Source: a bacterium | Lineage (GTDB): Bacteria > UBA8248 | Direction: 5' to 3' | Length of the DNA stretch: 64,000 bases | NCBI GenBank assembly: GCA_965204535.1 | Contig: OZ241996.1 | Location: 1,408,001-1,472,000 of the forward strand | In this document: positions 20,606 to 30,126 of the stretch, one piece after another | Numbering within the stretch: position 1 is the first letter of the stretch | Layout of the letters: each line of letters opens with the position of its first letter | Program-made: the position numbers and the translations under genes | Notes under the pieces: model-generated | Databases searched by the model: none | The model's input: only the letters and a program-made list of their open reading frames with translations | Told to the model about the DNA's origin: nothing

Positions 20606-21961
20606 ATGACATCAAAACGCCGAAAATCCCTTAAACGAGATGCGCGCGCCATCTTCCGCGCCGGACTAAATGCCGTTCATGCCGGTGAGGCTGTTTATCG
20701 TTATATGAAAATCGAAAAGGAAAAAAGCCGGGAGTTTCTCGTTTGCGGCCAACAAAAGATATCTCTCGATGAGACAGAGAGAATCCTCGTTTTAGGAGCA
20801 GGCAAAGCGAGCTCTCAGATGGCGCTTGCAGTTGAGCGGCGTCTTGGAGGTCGGATTGATGGCGGCGCCGTCGTCACCCAATACGGTTATGCGGAAAAAT
20901 GCCGGCACATTGGAATTTTCGAAGCCTCACACCCCGTTCCCGACGTCTCGGGGCTGGAAGCCTCCCGGAAAATAGTAAAATTGGCCGCTGACGCCCGGAA
21001 AGAAGATCTGGTGATACTCCTGCTCTCCGGCGGAGGCTCGGCTCTGATGCCTGCGCCCGCGCCTGGAATTTCTCTTGAGGATAAGCAATCCGCCACGAAT
21101 TCACTCCTGCGAGCAGGCGCCCCCATAGAAGCTCTCAATTGTGTGCGAAAGCACCTCTCCGAACTAAAAGGTGGGAATCTGGTCCGGAAAGTTTTCCCTG
21201 CTCGCATGAGCGTTCTTCTGGTCTCTGACGTGATCGGCGACCCCCGCGATGTGATTGCCTCAGGTCCTGCTATGGGTGATTCGACGACCTTCTTCGAGGC
21301 AAAGGCGTATTTGGAGCGCTACGGAGTATTCCAGGAAATGCCGAAAGCAATCAAAGAAAGGATTGAAGCCGGTTGCAGGGATGAGATTCCGGATACTCCT
21401 GCTCCTGGAGACAAGATATTCAGACGCGTCAGCCATCATATTGTAGCAAACAACAAGATCGCTCTTCGAGCCGCGTATGAGAAAGCAAAAGCGATGGGTT
21501 ACAACATTAAGGTACAAACCCATTCCCTCAGCGGCGAAGCCAGTGAAGCAGGTAAATTCATCGCGAAAGACGCCAAGAGGATTTTAGGAAATTCCCGAAA
21601 AAAACACTCTCCTCAATGCCTCCTGTATGGTGGCGAAACAACAGTAAGAGTGTTGGGAAATGGTGTTGGCGGCAGGTGCCAGGAACTTGCCCTGTCTTTC
21701 GCCATTGAAATTCGCGGCCACGAGAACATCTGTCTTCTCGCTGCGGGTACCGATGGTAAAGACGGCCCCACCAAAGCCGCAGGTGGGATTGTCGATGGAA
21801 GAACAGCAAAAACGGCGCAAAATCAAGGGCTTGACCCGGATGCCCATTTGCGCGATAATAATAGCCACAATTTTCTTCGCAGCCTAAGTTCTTGTGTATA
21901 CACTGGGCCGAGCGGAACCAACGTAATGGATTTGGTGATTTTGTTGGTGAATTGTCGTTAG
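20606..21961 (+). CDS. glycerate 2-kinase (MOFRL family)
   Basis: GAGKAS, HPVPD, SGGGSAL, IASGP, GGETTV, GTDGKDGPT, TGPSGTNVMD; start uncertain (20570 or 20606). Confidence 0.9.
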   Translation: MTSKRRKSLKRDARAIFRAGLNAVHAGEAVYRYMKIEKEKSREFLVCGQQKISLDETERILVLGAGKASSQMALAVERRLGGRIDGGAVVTQYGYAEKCRHIGIFEASHPVPDVSGLEASRKIVKLAADARKEDLVILLLSGGGSALMPAPAPGISLEDKQSATNSLLRAGAPIEALNCVRKHLSELKGGNLVRKVFPARMSVLLVSDVIGDPRDVIASGPAMGDSTTFFEAKAYLERYGVFQEMPKAIKERIEAGCRDEIPDTPAPGDKIFRRVSHHIVANNKIALRAAYEKAKAMGYNIKVQTHSLSGEASEAGKFIAKDAKRILGNSRKKHSPQCLLYGGETTVRVLGNGVGGRCQELALSFAIEIRGHENICLLAAGTDGKDGPTKAAGGIVDGRTAKTAQNQGLDPDAHLRDNNSHNFLRSLSSCVYTGPSGTNVMDLVILLVNCR

Positions 21962-22026
21962 CACTTAAATCTCAGCGGTTATCCGTAATCCCGCGGTTCG
22001 CCCAATCGTTGAGAATTCCATAGGAC

Positions 22027-22803
22027 ATGCTCATGAAGTATTTCCCTCCGGCCATTTTCGCCGTCGTGGCGATCTTTGTGGCCATCCTGCTACTTGGTTC
22101 TGCGTCCGCCCGGGCGGAAAAAATAGTTGTGACGGACTTCGCCTTGAATCCTGCCCAGAAAAATTCCAAACAATTACCAAAAGGATGGGCGCTTAAGGTA
22201 TGGCATGGAAGGGCTGATGTTCAACTCATCCGGGATGAAAGTAGGCATGCGAAAGTGCTTCGGATGAGAAGCGAAAAAGCGTCCGTTTCTATTTACCGGG
22301 AAGTGAAAATCGACCCCAGGAAATTTCCGGTGCTTACATGGAAATGGAAAGTGACGAAACTTCCAAAAGGCGCGGATGCGAGAAATGTTGAGTCCGACGA
22401 TCAAGCAGCTGGCGTTTACGTCATCTTTCCCCGGTTCCTCAGTTTCATCAACAGCCAGTTCATCGGCTACGTTTGGGAGACGAGCGTGCCTGAGGGCACG
22501 ATTTTGAGAAGCCGCAAAAATCCGATGGTCCATTACATCGTTGTCAGAAGCGGCGTTGACAATCTCGAAAAATGGATTACGGAAAAACGCAATGTAGTGG
22601 ATGATTATCGAAAGGTATTCGGTTCCGAAGCGCCAAGAGTCGGTGGCATTGCTTTGATGATTGATACGGATGATACGCTTTCCAATGCAGAGAGCTATTT
22701 CGCAAGCGTCGAATTCAAAGGCGATGCATCCAGGGTGTCTGTTGCCAAAGACTATGCTCATTTCGCTAAAGCAGCCGACTCCATCGCTTGGACATATGAA
22801 TGA
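22027..22803 (+). CDS. DUF3047-domain secreted protein
   Basis: Signal peptide; LTWKWKV, DDQAAGVYV, YVW, RNVVDDY..FG, ALMIDTDDT. Confidence 0.75.
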   Translation: MLMKYFPPAIFAVVAIFVAILLLGSASARAEKIVVTDFALNPAQKNSKQLPKGWALKVWHGRADVQLIRDESRHAKVLRMRSEKASVSIYREVKIDPRKFPVLTWKWKVTKLPKGADARNVESDDQAAGVYVIFPRFLSFINSQFIGYVWETSVPEGTILRSRKNPMVHYIVVRSGVDNLEKWITEKRNVVDDYRKVFGSEAPRVGGIALMIDTDDTLSNAESYFASVEFKGDASRVSVAKDYAHFAKAADSIAWTYE

Positions 22804-22895
22804 TTAAGAGCGGATTCGGTTTCATTCCGCTTGCAGAGCACTCTTGCTCAGCAAATAAACAAGGGAACGACTCGACTATACCGAGGTTTTGACAA

Positions 22896-23834
22896 TTGCC
22901 TGGCAGCGAAGCCTATGTTGGTTTTGATCTCGGGGGCTCTTCCCTCAAGGCATCGTCTTTCAGCCTGGATGGAGAATTACAAGAGCGTTGCTCGATTGAT
23001 ACGCAAAAGTGTCTAAGAGTGGAAGACTATCTCAACTTGTTCAATGAAGCTGCGAATTTACTCTCTTCAACAAAATGCCTTAAGGGGATCGGGGTCGCCG
23101 TCGCAGGCGTTCTGGATCTGAATGCCGGTAAAGTCGTCGACTCTCCCAACCTGCCCATTCTTTGTGGAGTTCCCCTCTTAGAGATGCTGAAAGATTTCTT
23201 CTCCCCTATTCCGATTCATATGATGAACGATGCGAATGCCGCTGCAATGGGGGAATATTTCGCCGGCGCGGGCGAAGGACATGAGAGTATGTTCATCCTC
23301 ACGCTGGGCACGGGCATCGGTGGAGGTTTTGTTCAGAATGGAGAGATTTGGGAAGGGGCATCCGGGATGGCGGGAGAAATCGGCCATATGGTCATCGAAA
23401 AAAACGGCAAGCTGTGTACCTGTGGTTCTAGAGGGTGTCTGGAAGCGTACTTTTCGAGTTGGGCTCTTGCAAGAGATGCCAAAACTCATGCGGAGCAACA
23501 CCCAGATTCCCCTATCGGGTCAATCGATGAAATATCACCAATTTCCTTGGCGGAACTCGCTGTTTCTGGAGACCATGCTGCAAGAGCAATTTGGGAAAAC
23601 GGCGGTCATGCGCTTGGAGTTGGAATCGCCAACATCATGAATTTGCTGAATCCAGCGAGCATCGTTCTCGTGGGAGGTCTGATGAGCGCCAAGGAACATT
23701 TCCTGCCGAGTGCTCAGAGGGCTTGGGAGGCGAATTCTTTCGAGCAAGCCCACAACTCTTCGGAAGTTCTCTTGGGGAAATTAGCTGAATGGGCAGGTGT
23801 TCGGGGCGCTATTCAACCTTTCTTAGAGGAATGA
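22896..23834 (+). CDS. ROK-family sugar kinase (glucokinase-like)
   Basis: DLGGS, NDANAAAMGE, TLGTGIGGG, GEIGH, CTCGSRGCLE. Confidence 0.9.
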   Translation: MPGSEAYVGFDLGGSSLKASSFSLDGELQERCSIDTQKCLRVEDYLNLFNEAANLLSSTKCLKGIGVAVAGVLDLNAGKVVDSPNLPILCGVPLLEMLKDFFSPIPIHMMNDANAAAMGEYFAGAGEGHESMFILTLGTGIGGGFVQNGEIWEGASGMAGEIGHMVIEKNGKLCTCGSRGCLEAYFSSWALARDAKTHAEQHPDSPIGSIDEISPISLAELAVSGDHAARAIWENGGHALGVGIANIMNLLNPASIVLVGGLMSAKEHFLPSAQRAWEANSFEQAHNSSEVLLGKLAEWAGVRGAIQPFLEE

Positions 23835-23976
23835 TTTTCTCATTAGCAAATTCGATCAAAGTCATAACTACTTGAAACAACTGTGTATAGCATTTTCCTG
23901 AAAGTGAATTTTTCAACCTGTTTGCTTCCCTAATCATCCCGCTCGGGCATGGCTCAAAGATTTTCCAATTTTACTC

Positions 23977-24022
23977 TTGACAAACATGAAATCATAGGCA
24001 ACATTGTTAAATGTATTTAACA
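23977..24022 (+). promoter_or_regulatory. promoter -35 box and palindromic operator upstream of the DtxR-family gene
   Basis: TTGACA at 23977-23982; perfect 8-2-8 inverted repeat TGTTAAAT-GT-ATTTAACA at 24005-24022. Confidence 0.65.
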
Positions 24023-24076
24023 TTATTGGGTTAGCTTTAACAAAAACCCTTCAATCTCAAAAAAGGGATTCATGCC

Positions 24077-24628
24077 ATGACTCCACAGCCACACCACTCG
24101 CGCGGTTCCCTTTCGCCCAGCCTTGAACATTATCTTCGCGCCATATTCGATCTTCAGGAAAACAAGGGTTACGCGCGCGTAACGGACATCGCCTCCATGT
24201 TGGGTGTAGCGAAGCCGGCTGTTTCAGCTGCGGTGAAAACACTCCGCTCTAATGGACTCGTTTCCCATCGCGTCTACGAAAGTATTCTCTTGACGGAAGA
24301 AGGCGCCAAACGCGCCAAGGGCGTGTCGGGCAAATTCTCTATTTTGATGCATTTCCTAACAGAAGTCTTGGGAGTGGAAGAAAAGCAAGCCTTCATCGAC
24401 GCTTGCATCATGGAGCACTACGTGAGCGGCAATTCCATAGACAGGTTTCTCGATTTGCTGCGCTTTTTTGAAGAGTCTGACAATCAAGAAATTTTGGAAA
24501 AATTTCATCAATTTCGGCGCTCATGCGAAAGCGTGGATACATGCCCGACTTGTTCTTACCATTGTGATATCAGCGTCATTGATTTTGACGATTTGACGAA
24601 AAAAAGGAAATCTGAAGGACGAGACTAA
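24077..24628 (+). CDS. DtxR/MntR-family metal-dependent regulator with Cys-rich tail
   Basis: SLEHYLRAI, ARVTDIA..LGV.KPAVS, FLTEVLGV, DACIMEH; tail CESVDTCPTCSYHC. Confidence 0.88.
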   Translation: MTPQPHHSRGSLSPSLEHYLRAIFDLQENKGYARVTDIASMLGVAKPAVSAAVKTLRSNGLVSHRVYESILLTEEGAKRAKGVSGKFSILMHFLTEVLGVEEKQAFIDACIMEHYVSGNSIDRFLDLLRFFEESDNQEILEKFHQFRRSCESVDTCPTCSYHCDISVIDFDDLTKKRKSEGRD

Positions 24629-24733
24629 ATCCAGTCTGCGATTTATGACTTTGTTGTCACCAGGCTCGATCTGGGAGCCAACTCTTCGCAACACGGCCAT
24701 GTGGCCGACACCCCTTCACAGGAGATAGCTCTT

Positions 24734-25804
24734 ATGTTTGCGGTACCAAATGGAACAAAGCGTGCAAGGCTGTACATTAGTATTACCATGCTTGTCATGT
24801 TGGCTGCTCTGGCCCTGGGTAGGACTACGGCAAGCGCCGAAGAGGTTGTAAACCTTTACTCTTACCGGCAACCGTTTCTTATCAAGCCAATTTTGAAAGC
24901 GTTCACTGAAAAAACTGGCATCAAGACCAACGTCGTTTTTGCGAAAAAAGGCATGCTGGAGAAAATCAAGGCGACCCCAGGGGCAGCAGATGCAGTGTTG
25001 ACCGTGGATATTGGGCGCCTCCACGACATGGATGAGGCTGGGTTGTTGCAACCTGTAAAGTCAAAAGTACTAGAGGAGAATATCCCCTCGTCCTATCGTC
25101 ATCCCAAGGGCCATTGGTTTGGCCTCACCACGCGTGGGCGTGTAATTTACGCCAGCAAAAAGCGCGTAAAGCCGGGTGCAATTACCCGCTATGAGGATTT
25201 GGCCGACCCGAAATGGAAGGGCAAAATTTGCACGCGTTCGGGAAAACACGTTTACAACGTATCTCTGTTCGCTTCCATAGTGGCGCATTCAGGCGAAGCG
25301 AAAGCCAAGAAATGGTTGATAGGTCTCAAGTCCAACCTCGCGCGTAAACCCAGCGGCAACGACCGCGCGCAAGCGAAAGCCATTCACGCAGGAGAATGCG
25401 ATCTCGCTTTGGCCAATACGTATTACATGGCGAAAATGGCGACCAACAAGAAAAAGAAAGAACAAAGAGAATGGGCAAAAGCAGTTTATATCGTTTTCCC
25501 CAATCAAAAGGATAGAGGCACGCACGTCAACATCAGCGGTGCTGCCGTCACCAAACATGCAAAAAATCGGAAAAACGCGGTTCGCCTCATTGAATTTTTG
25601 AGCGGCGAATACGCGCAAAAATTGTATGCCGACCAGAATTATGAATACCCGTTGAAAAAAGGCGTGAAGATACATCCACTCGTCGATTCGTGGGGTAAAT
25701 TCAAGGCCGATACCATCAATCTGGCCGAGGTGGCGAATAAGCGGGCAACTGCCTCCAAGCTGGTGGACCAGGTAGATTACAACAACTTCAGCCCCAGTAA
25801 TTAG
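24734..25804 (+). CDS. fbpA: Fe(III) ABC transporter substrate-binding protein (FbpA/FutA type)
   Basis: VNLYSYRQ, TVDIGRL, WFGLTTRGR, CTRSGKHVYN, ANTYY, GTHVNISG. Confidence 0.88.
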   Translation: MFAVPNGTKRARLYISITMLVMLAALALGRTTASAEEVVNLYSYRQPFLIKPILKAFTEKTGIKTNVVFAKKGMLEKIKATPGAADAVLTVDIGRLHDMDEAGLLQPVKSKVLEENIPSSYRHPKGHWFGLTTRGRVIYASKKRVKPGAITRYEDLADPKWKGKICTRSGKHVYNVSLFASIVAHSGEAKAKKWLIGLKSNLARKPSGNDRAQAKAIHAGECDLALANTYYMAKMATNKKKKEQREWAKAVYIVFPNQKDRGTHVNISGAAVTKHAKNRKNAVRLIEFLSGEYAQKLYADQNYEYPLKKGVKIHPLVDSWGKFKADTINLAEVANKRATASKLVDQVDYNNFSPSN

Positions 25805-25815
25805 CCGCTAGTATC

Positions 25816-25870
25816 AAGACCCCAAAAGCCTTAATATCCTCCTTGCGGATGCAGCGGCTTTTGGGGTCTT
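25816..25870 (+). terminator. 15-bp inverted repeat between fbpA and fbpB (stabiliser or partial terminator)
   Basis: AAGACCCCAAAAGCC...GGCTTTTGGGGTCTT. Confidence 0.55.
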
Positions 25871-25932
25871 CGTTTATCCAAGAAGACTCCGAGAGGTAAT
25901 TTATCTACAGAATATCTCATAGTAGGGATGGC

Positions 25933-27627
25933 ATGAGTGCAGGTGCTGGATTGAACATAGAAGCCTTCCCTAGGCGTTTGGCAAAAAGGTTTCAACTGGA
26001 TTTCTGGACGAGCGGAACTCTTCTGCTCGCATTTTTTATAGCAGTTCCTCTGCTGTCAGTAAGTTTTTTCGCCCTTCAACCTAGCGGTGACATCTGGCAC
26101 CACCTGCTCACAACCGTATTGTCGCGCTATGTAATGACCACAATCGGTCTGATGCTGGGAGTAGGCATAGGCACGCTTCTCATCGGTACCGCCACCGCCT
26201 GGCTGGTGACTCTATGCCGATTCCCGGGACGACGAATTTTTGAATGGGCACTGCTCTTACCCCTGGCGATGCCTACATATGTCGTGGCCTATGTGTATAC
26301 CGACGTTTTTGAATTTGCAGGTCCAGTACAGACGTTATTGCGCGATATCTTTGGATGGGAATCAAGTCGAGAGTACTGGTTTCCGGAGATACGTTCTCTC
26401 GGCGGCGCAATTTTCGTTTTGACGCTTACTCTTTATCCATATGTTTACCTACTTGCGCGAGTCGCATTTCTTCAGCAATCGGTTTGCATTTTAGAGGTGA
26501 GCAGAACTTTAGGTAAAACCGCGTGGCGGAGTTTTATTTCCATCGCCCTGCCCTCGGCACGTCCATCGCTGATCATCGGTGTGAGTCTGGTTCTGATGGA
26601 AGCGCTGAATGATTTAGGAACGGTTGATTTCTTTGCTGTGGAAACGCTCACGGCTGGAATTTTCGATGTGTGGCTCAACATGAACAATCTGTCAGGTGCC
26701 GCTCAACTTGCCGTTGTCGCCCTGTGTTTTGTCTTGCTTCTATTGTGGGCGGAGAGAAAATCGCGCACCAATCAGAGGTATTTTAATACTTCCACGAAAT
26801 ATCAAGCCCTTCCAAGTTACCAGTTACGAGGGGTAAAGATGTTCGGCGCGGTGATCTCGTGTTTGTTGCCAATCGGATTCGGCTTCGTATTGCCGGCATC
26901 TATTTTGGGCTATTACGCCTGGAACTATTATGAGGAAAGTATTTCACGCGATTTTCACTCCATTCTTTCAAATAGCCTGATTTTATCATCTCTTAGTGCA
27001 ACCCTATCTGTTTTGGCAGCTATTTTTATGGCTTATGGAGTTCGTCTGAAAGATAACGTGTTGCTCAAATCGGCTGCCCGGTTCGCTAGTATCGGATACG
27101 CTGTTCCCGGTGCGGTTCTCGCTGTCGGTGTGTTGATTCCCATGGGCAAGATGGATGTCGTCATCCAGGGGTTTCTCAAAAATGTTTTCGGCATCTCCAC
27201 AGGCTTGCTCTTTAGCGGCACAATCGCGGCTGTAACCTATGGATATTTGACCCGTTTCCTGGCGCTTTCTTATGGCACCATGGAAGCCAGCCTGATGAGA
27301 ATTACGCCCAACATGGATGGCGCCGCTCGGACGCTTGGTCTGGGACCTGCCAGAACTCTCAAGCACGTCCATTTACCCATGATACGTGGCGGTATCCTGG
27401 CGGCGGCGATATTGGTGTTTGTTGATACGATGAAAGAACTACCGATGACAATCATATTGCGCCCATTTAATTTTGAAACGCTGGCTACACAGGTTCACCA
27501 ACTGGCCTCGGATGAACTTTTGGAAGAAAGTGCACTTGGCTCTTTGAGTATTGTGGCGGCAGGGTTGTTGCCCGTCGTTTATTTGAGCCGAACCATCCGG
27601 GGCGCGCGTCCCGGAGCAGGAAAATGA
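25933..27627 (+). CDS. fbpB: Fe(III) ABC transporter permease
   Basis: Two permease repeats; LLLPLAMPTY, YPYVYLLAR, GYAVPGAV, KELP.T..LRPFNF.TLA. Confidence 0.9.
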   Translation: MSAGAGLNIEAFPRRLAKRFQLDFWTSGTLLLAFFIAVPLLSVSFFALQPSGDIWHHLLTTVLSRYVMTTIGLMLGVGIGTLLIGTATAWLVTLCRFPGRRIFEWALLLPLAMPTYVVAYVYTDVFEFAGPVQTLLRDIFGWESSREYWFPEIRSLGGAIFVLTLTLYPYVYLLARVAFLQQSVCILEVSRTLGKTAWRSFISIALPSARPSLIIGVSLVLMEALNDLGTVDFFAVETLTAGIFDVWLNMNNLSGAAQLAVVALCFVLLLLWAERKSRTNQRYFNTSTKYQALPSYQLRGVKMFGAVISCLLPIGFGFVLPASILGYYAWNYYEESISRDFHSILSNSLILSSLSATLSVLAAIFMAYGVRLKDNVLLKSAARFASIGYAVPGAVLAVGVLIPMGKMDVVIQGFLKNVFGISTGLLFSGTIAAVTYGYLTRFLALSYGTMEASLMRITPNMDGAARTLGLGPARTLKHVHLPMIRGGILAAAILVFVDTMKELPMTIILRPFNFETLATQVHQLASDELLEESALGSLSIVAAGLLPVVYLSRTIRGARPGAGK

Positions 27628-27641
27628 GGACCATGAACTAA

Positions 27642-28715
27642 ATGGCCAAGCTTGAAATTGAAAATTTATCGCATTCATATGGAACCAAAGAAGTTATCGA
27701 GAATTTGTCTTTGAATGTCGAAGAGGGTCAAGTTGCATGTCTGTTGGGGCCGTCTGGATGCGGCAAGACGACATTATTGCGGTTGGTGGCTGGGCTCACT
27801 TCGCTACAAGCTGGAAGAATTCGCCTAGGCGAAATTGTGATATCGGAGCCTGCAAGACGAATCGAGATACCGCCGGAAAAGAGAAATGTGGGGTTCATGT
27901 TCCAGGATTATGCCCTTTTCCCTCACTTGGATGTTTTGCACAATATTACTTTCGGACTCAACAATCCTTTGCCGGAAAAGTTGGCTGAAATACAAAGAGC
28001 CATGATCCAGATGGATATCGTGGAATTGACAGATGCTTATCCCCATACCCTGTCAGGAGGCCAGCAACAGCGCGTTGCCCTGCTTCGGGCATTGGCGCCT
28101 CTTCCCCGACTTCTGCTTTTGGATGAACCATTTGCCGGGCTTGATATCAACCTGCGAGTCCAAGTGCGCGAAGATACCCTGAGATTGATTAAGCAAATGG
28201 GCGTTACCACGTTGATGGTCACGCACGACCCGCAGGAAGCGATGTATATGGCCGACCATATCTTGATCATGCGAGATGGGAAAGTGGAACAAAGCGGCTC
28301 GCCACGTGAAATTTACCAATTTCCCGCTACGGAATTCGCGGCTCGATTTGTTGGGCAGACAAATATTTTGCAAGGCATTGTTTTATCGGCTGGGTATGAT
28401 GAGGTGATGACAAGCATTGGACCAGTGCCATGCCTCTCGATGCGCGACCTTAAATTCGGAACAGATGCCTTTATCTCCATCAGGCCCGAGAGTTTTGAAA
28501 TCGATCCGAGCGGTCCATTTGGGGCGAAGGTTTCCAGCATTCGCTATGTGGGACAATCGATCCTGCTGGAAGTTGAAATCATCGATGAAATAGGCAAAGG
28601 GCACCGGTTGAAAATGCGAGTGCATCCCAATTTAAGGGTAGACGTCGGAGAAGAGTTAAGATTTCGTATTATGCCTGATTTTGTAACGGTGATTGAAGAT
28701 CCGCTCGATGATTAG
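27642..28715 (+). CDS. fbpC: Fe(III) ABC transporter ATP-binding protein
   Basis: GPSGCGKTT, FQDYALFPHL, LSGGQQQRVAL, LLDEPF. Confidence 0.9.
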   Translation: MAKLEIENLSHSYGTKEVIENLSLNVEEGQVACLLGPSGCGKTTLLRLVAGLTSLQAGRIRLGEIVISEPARRIEIPPEKRNVGFMFQDYALFPHLDVLHNITFGLNNPLPEKLAEIQRAMIQMDIVELTDAYPHTLSGGQQQRVALLRALAPLPRLLLLDEPFAGLDINLRVQVREDTLRLIKQMGVTTLMVTHDPQEAMYMADHILIMRDGKVEQSGSPREIYQFPATEFAARFVGQTNILQGIVLSAGYDEVMTSIGPVPCLSMRDLKFGTDAFISIRPESFEIDPSGPFGAKVSSIRYVGQSILLEVEIIDEIGKGHRLKMRVHPNLRVDVGEELRFRIMPDFVTVIEDPLDD

Positions 28716-30126
28716 TTGCCTTTCTTAACAATTCACCTATTCCATTCACATTCTTCAGATTCTCGAGACTCATTACCATTGACAATAAATCTTCTGCTTT
28801 TTCAAGCGAAAGACTACGCTGGGCATTATCCTTGAATTTTTCAAAGACATCTTGATCCGTGAATGGATTTTCTGCACAACCTCTTTGATGTTTTTCCTCC
28901 TCGACATAGCTGTTCCCATCTTCAAGCCGAACTTCAACGACACCAGGGAAGAATCTCGGGAAATCCTGTGTATCGTCCTGGGTAAAGGAGACTTTATCCG
29001 CCAGGGCTAACACAGCAGGGTCTGCAACAGCATTTTTCCCGAAATCATCCACCCCACACTTGCCCCTTACGAAAATACTCGCCAAACAATAAGGCAAAGA
29101 AAATTTTGCATCGTATTCACTACGAGGTTTTCGCTTTACTTCGATCGGGTCAAGGACTAGGTCAATTGCGCCCTTGGCAGCATGACAAATTATACTTTTA
29201 ATTTTACTGTGATCTATCTTCTTGCGCTCTTTAAGGCGAAGTCCGGCATCCAAAAACGCATGAATCACATGGCCACAAGGATAGGGTTTGAAACCAATGG
29301 CCAAGGTTTCCCAAGTTTCGCACAAGCCCCGTGTGAGTGCTTCCACCTCGAATTCATCATCGCCGAGATGGCTCTTAAGCAAGCCGAATCTGCCCTCAAA
29401 TACTGTTTGTGGACCAGCGAAATCATTGTCTGCAAGCATTGTCGAACAAATACCGCCATGCGCCGCCCAACCAGGATGAAGCGCCTTGACAGGGCTCCCG
29501 TTTTCTAAATATTCAAAGAGCCCGGCAGCCATGCTCCCGCAAATGCCAAGAGCCCAGTTCATTCTTTCGGTATTCAAGCCACTTTGAAGCGCATAGGCTA
29601 TGGCGGCACCGAAAGTGCCGGCTATGGCGGTCATGTGGAAACCTCGGGCGTGGAATTTACCAGGAGCGGCTAACCCGATTCTGATTTCCGACTCGAACCC
29701 GGCAACGCAGGCTCGAATCATATCCTTTCCTGTTTTCTGGAATTCTTCCGCGCCCGCGATAGCCGCTGGCACAACGGGCGCTGCGGTGTGGATGATCGAT
29801 TTAGCGTGCGTATCGTCAAAATCGAGAGAATGACCCAACGCGCCATTCAAAAAAGCGGCGTTGGGTGCAGGCATTCGGTTTTTCTCTCCGATTGCGCTGC
29901 AAGACCCAAAGTCATATGAGAGATTTTGGGAATCCGGAATTTTTCCGGTGATAGCATTCGCCATCACCCGCAAGGGTTTGTCAATTTCCATGGAACAAGC
30001 TGCTAGAGCAATCCCCCAAAAATCAAGAATCAATAATTTTGTCTGGTGAACTACCGAGGGAGGTATGTCAGAAAATTCCAGGGCATGAGAAAATTGGCAC
30101 AATATTTCACTAGGTGTTGATGACAC
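28669..30126 (-). CDS. MmgE/PrpD-family protein
   Basis: NGALGHSLDFDDTH, RGFH, KALHPG, FKPYPC, AKFSLPY. Confidence 0.9.
   Translation of the reverse strand: MSSTPSEILCQFSHALEFSDIPPSVVHQTKLLILDFWGIALAACSMEIDKPLRVMANAITGKIPDSQNLSYDFGSCSAIGEKNRMPAPNAAFLNGALGHSLDFDDTHAKSIIHTAAPVVPAAIAGAEEFQKTGKDMIRACVAGFESEIRIGLAAPGKFHARGFHMTAIAGTFGAAIAYALQSGLNTERMNWALGICGSMAAGLFEYLENGSPVKALHPGWAAHGGICSTMLADNDFAGPQTVFEGRFGLLKSHLGDDEFEVEALTRGLCETWETLAIGFKPYPCGHVIHAFLDAGLRLKERKKIDHSKIKSIICHAAKGAIDLVLDPIEVKRKPRSEYDAKFSLPYCLASIFVRGKCGVDDFGKNAVADPAVLALADKVSFTQDDTQDFPRFFPGVVEVRLEDGNSYVEEEKHQRGCAENPFTDQDVFEKFKDNAQRSLSLEKAEDLLSMVMSLENLKNVNGIGELLRKATNHRADLQSPLQNQA

Noticed and set aside
24005-24042. dif site (ATTTAACATTA resembles an XerD arm); similar half-matches near 13825 and 40030
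   Set aside because: No partner arm at 6-bp spacing; the 24005 palindrome is better explained as a regulator operator.
28669-28715. 47-nt convergent overlap of fbpC and the PrpD-family gene
   Set aside because: Short tail-to-tail overlaps are common; no sign of function.
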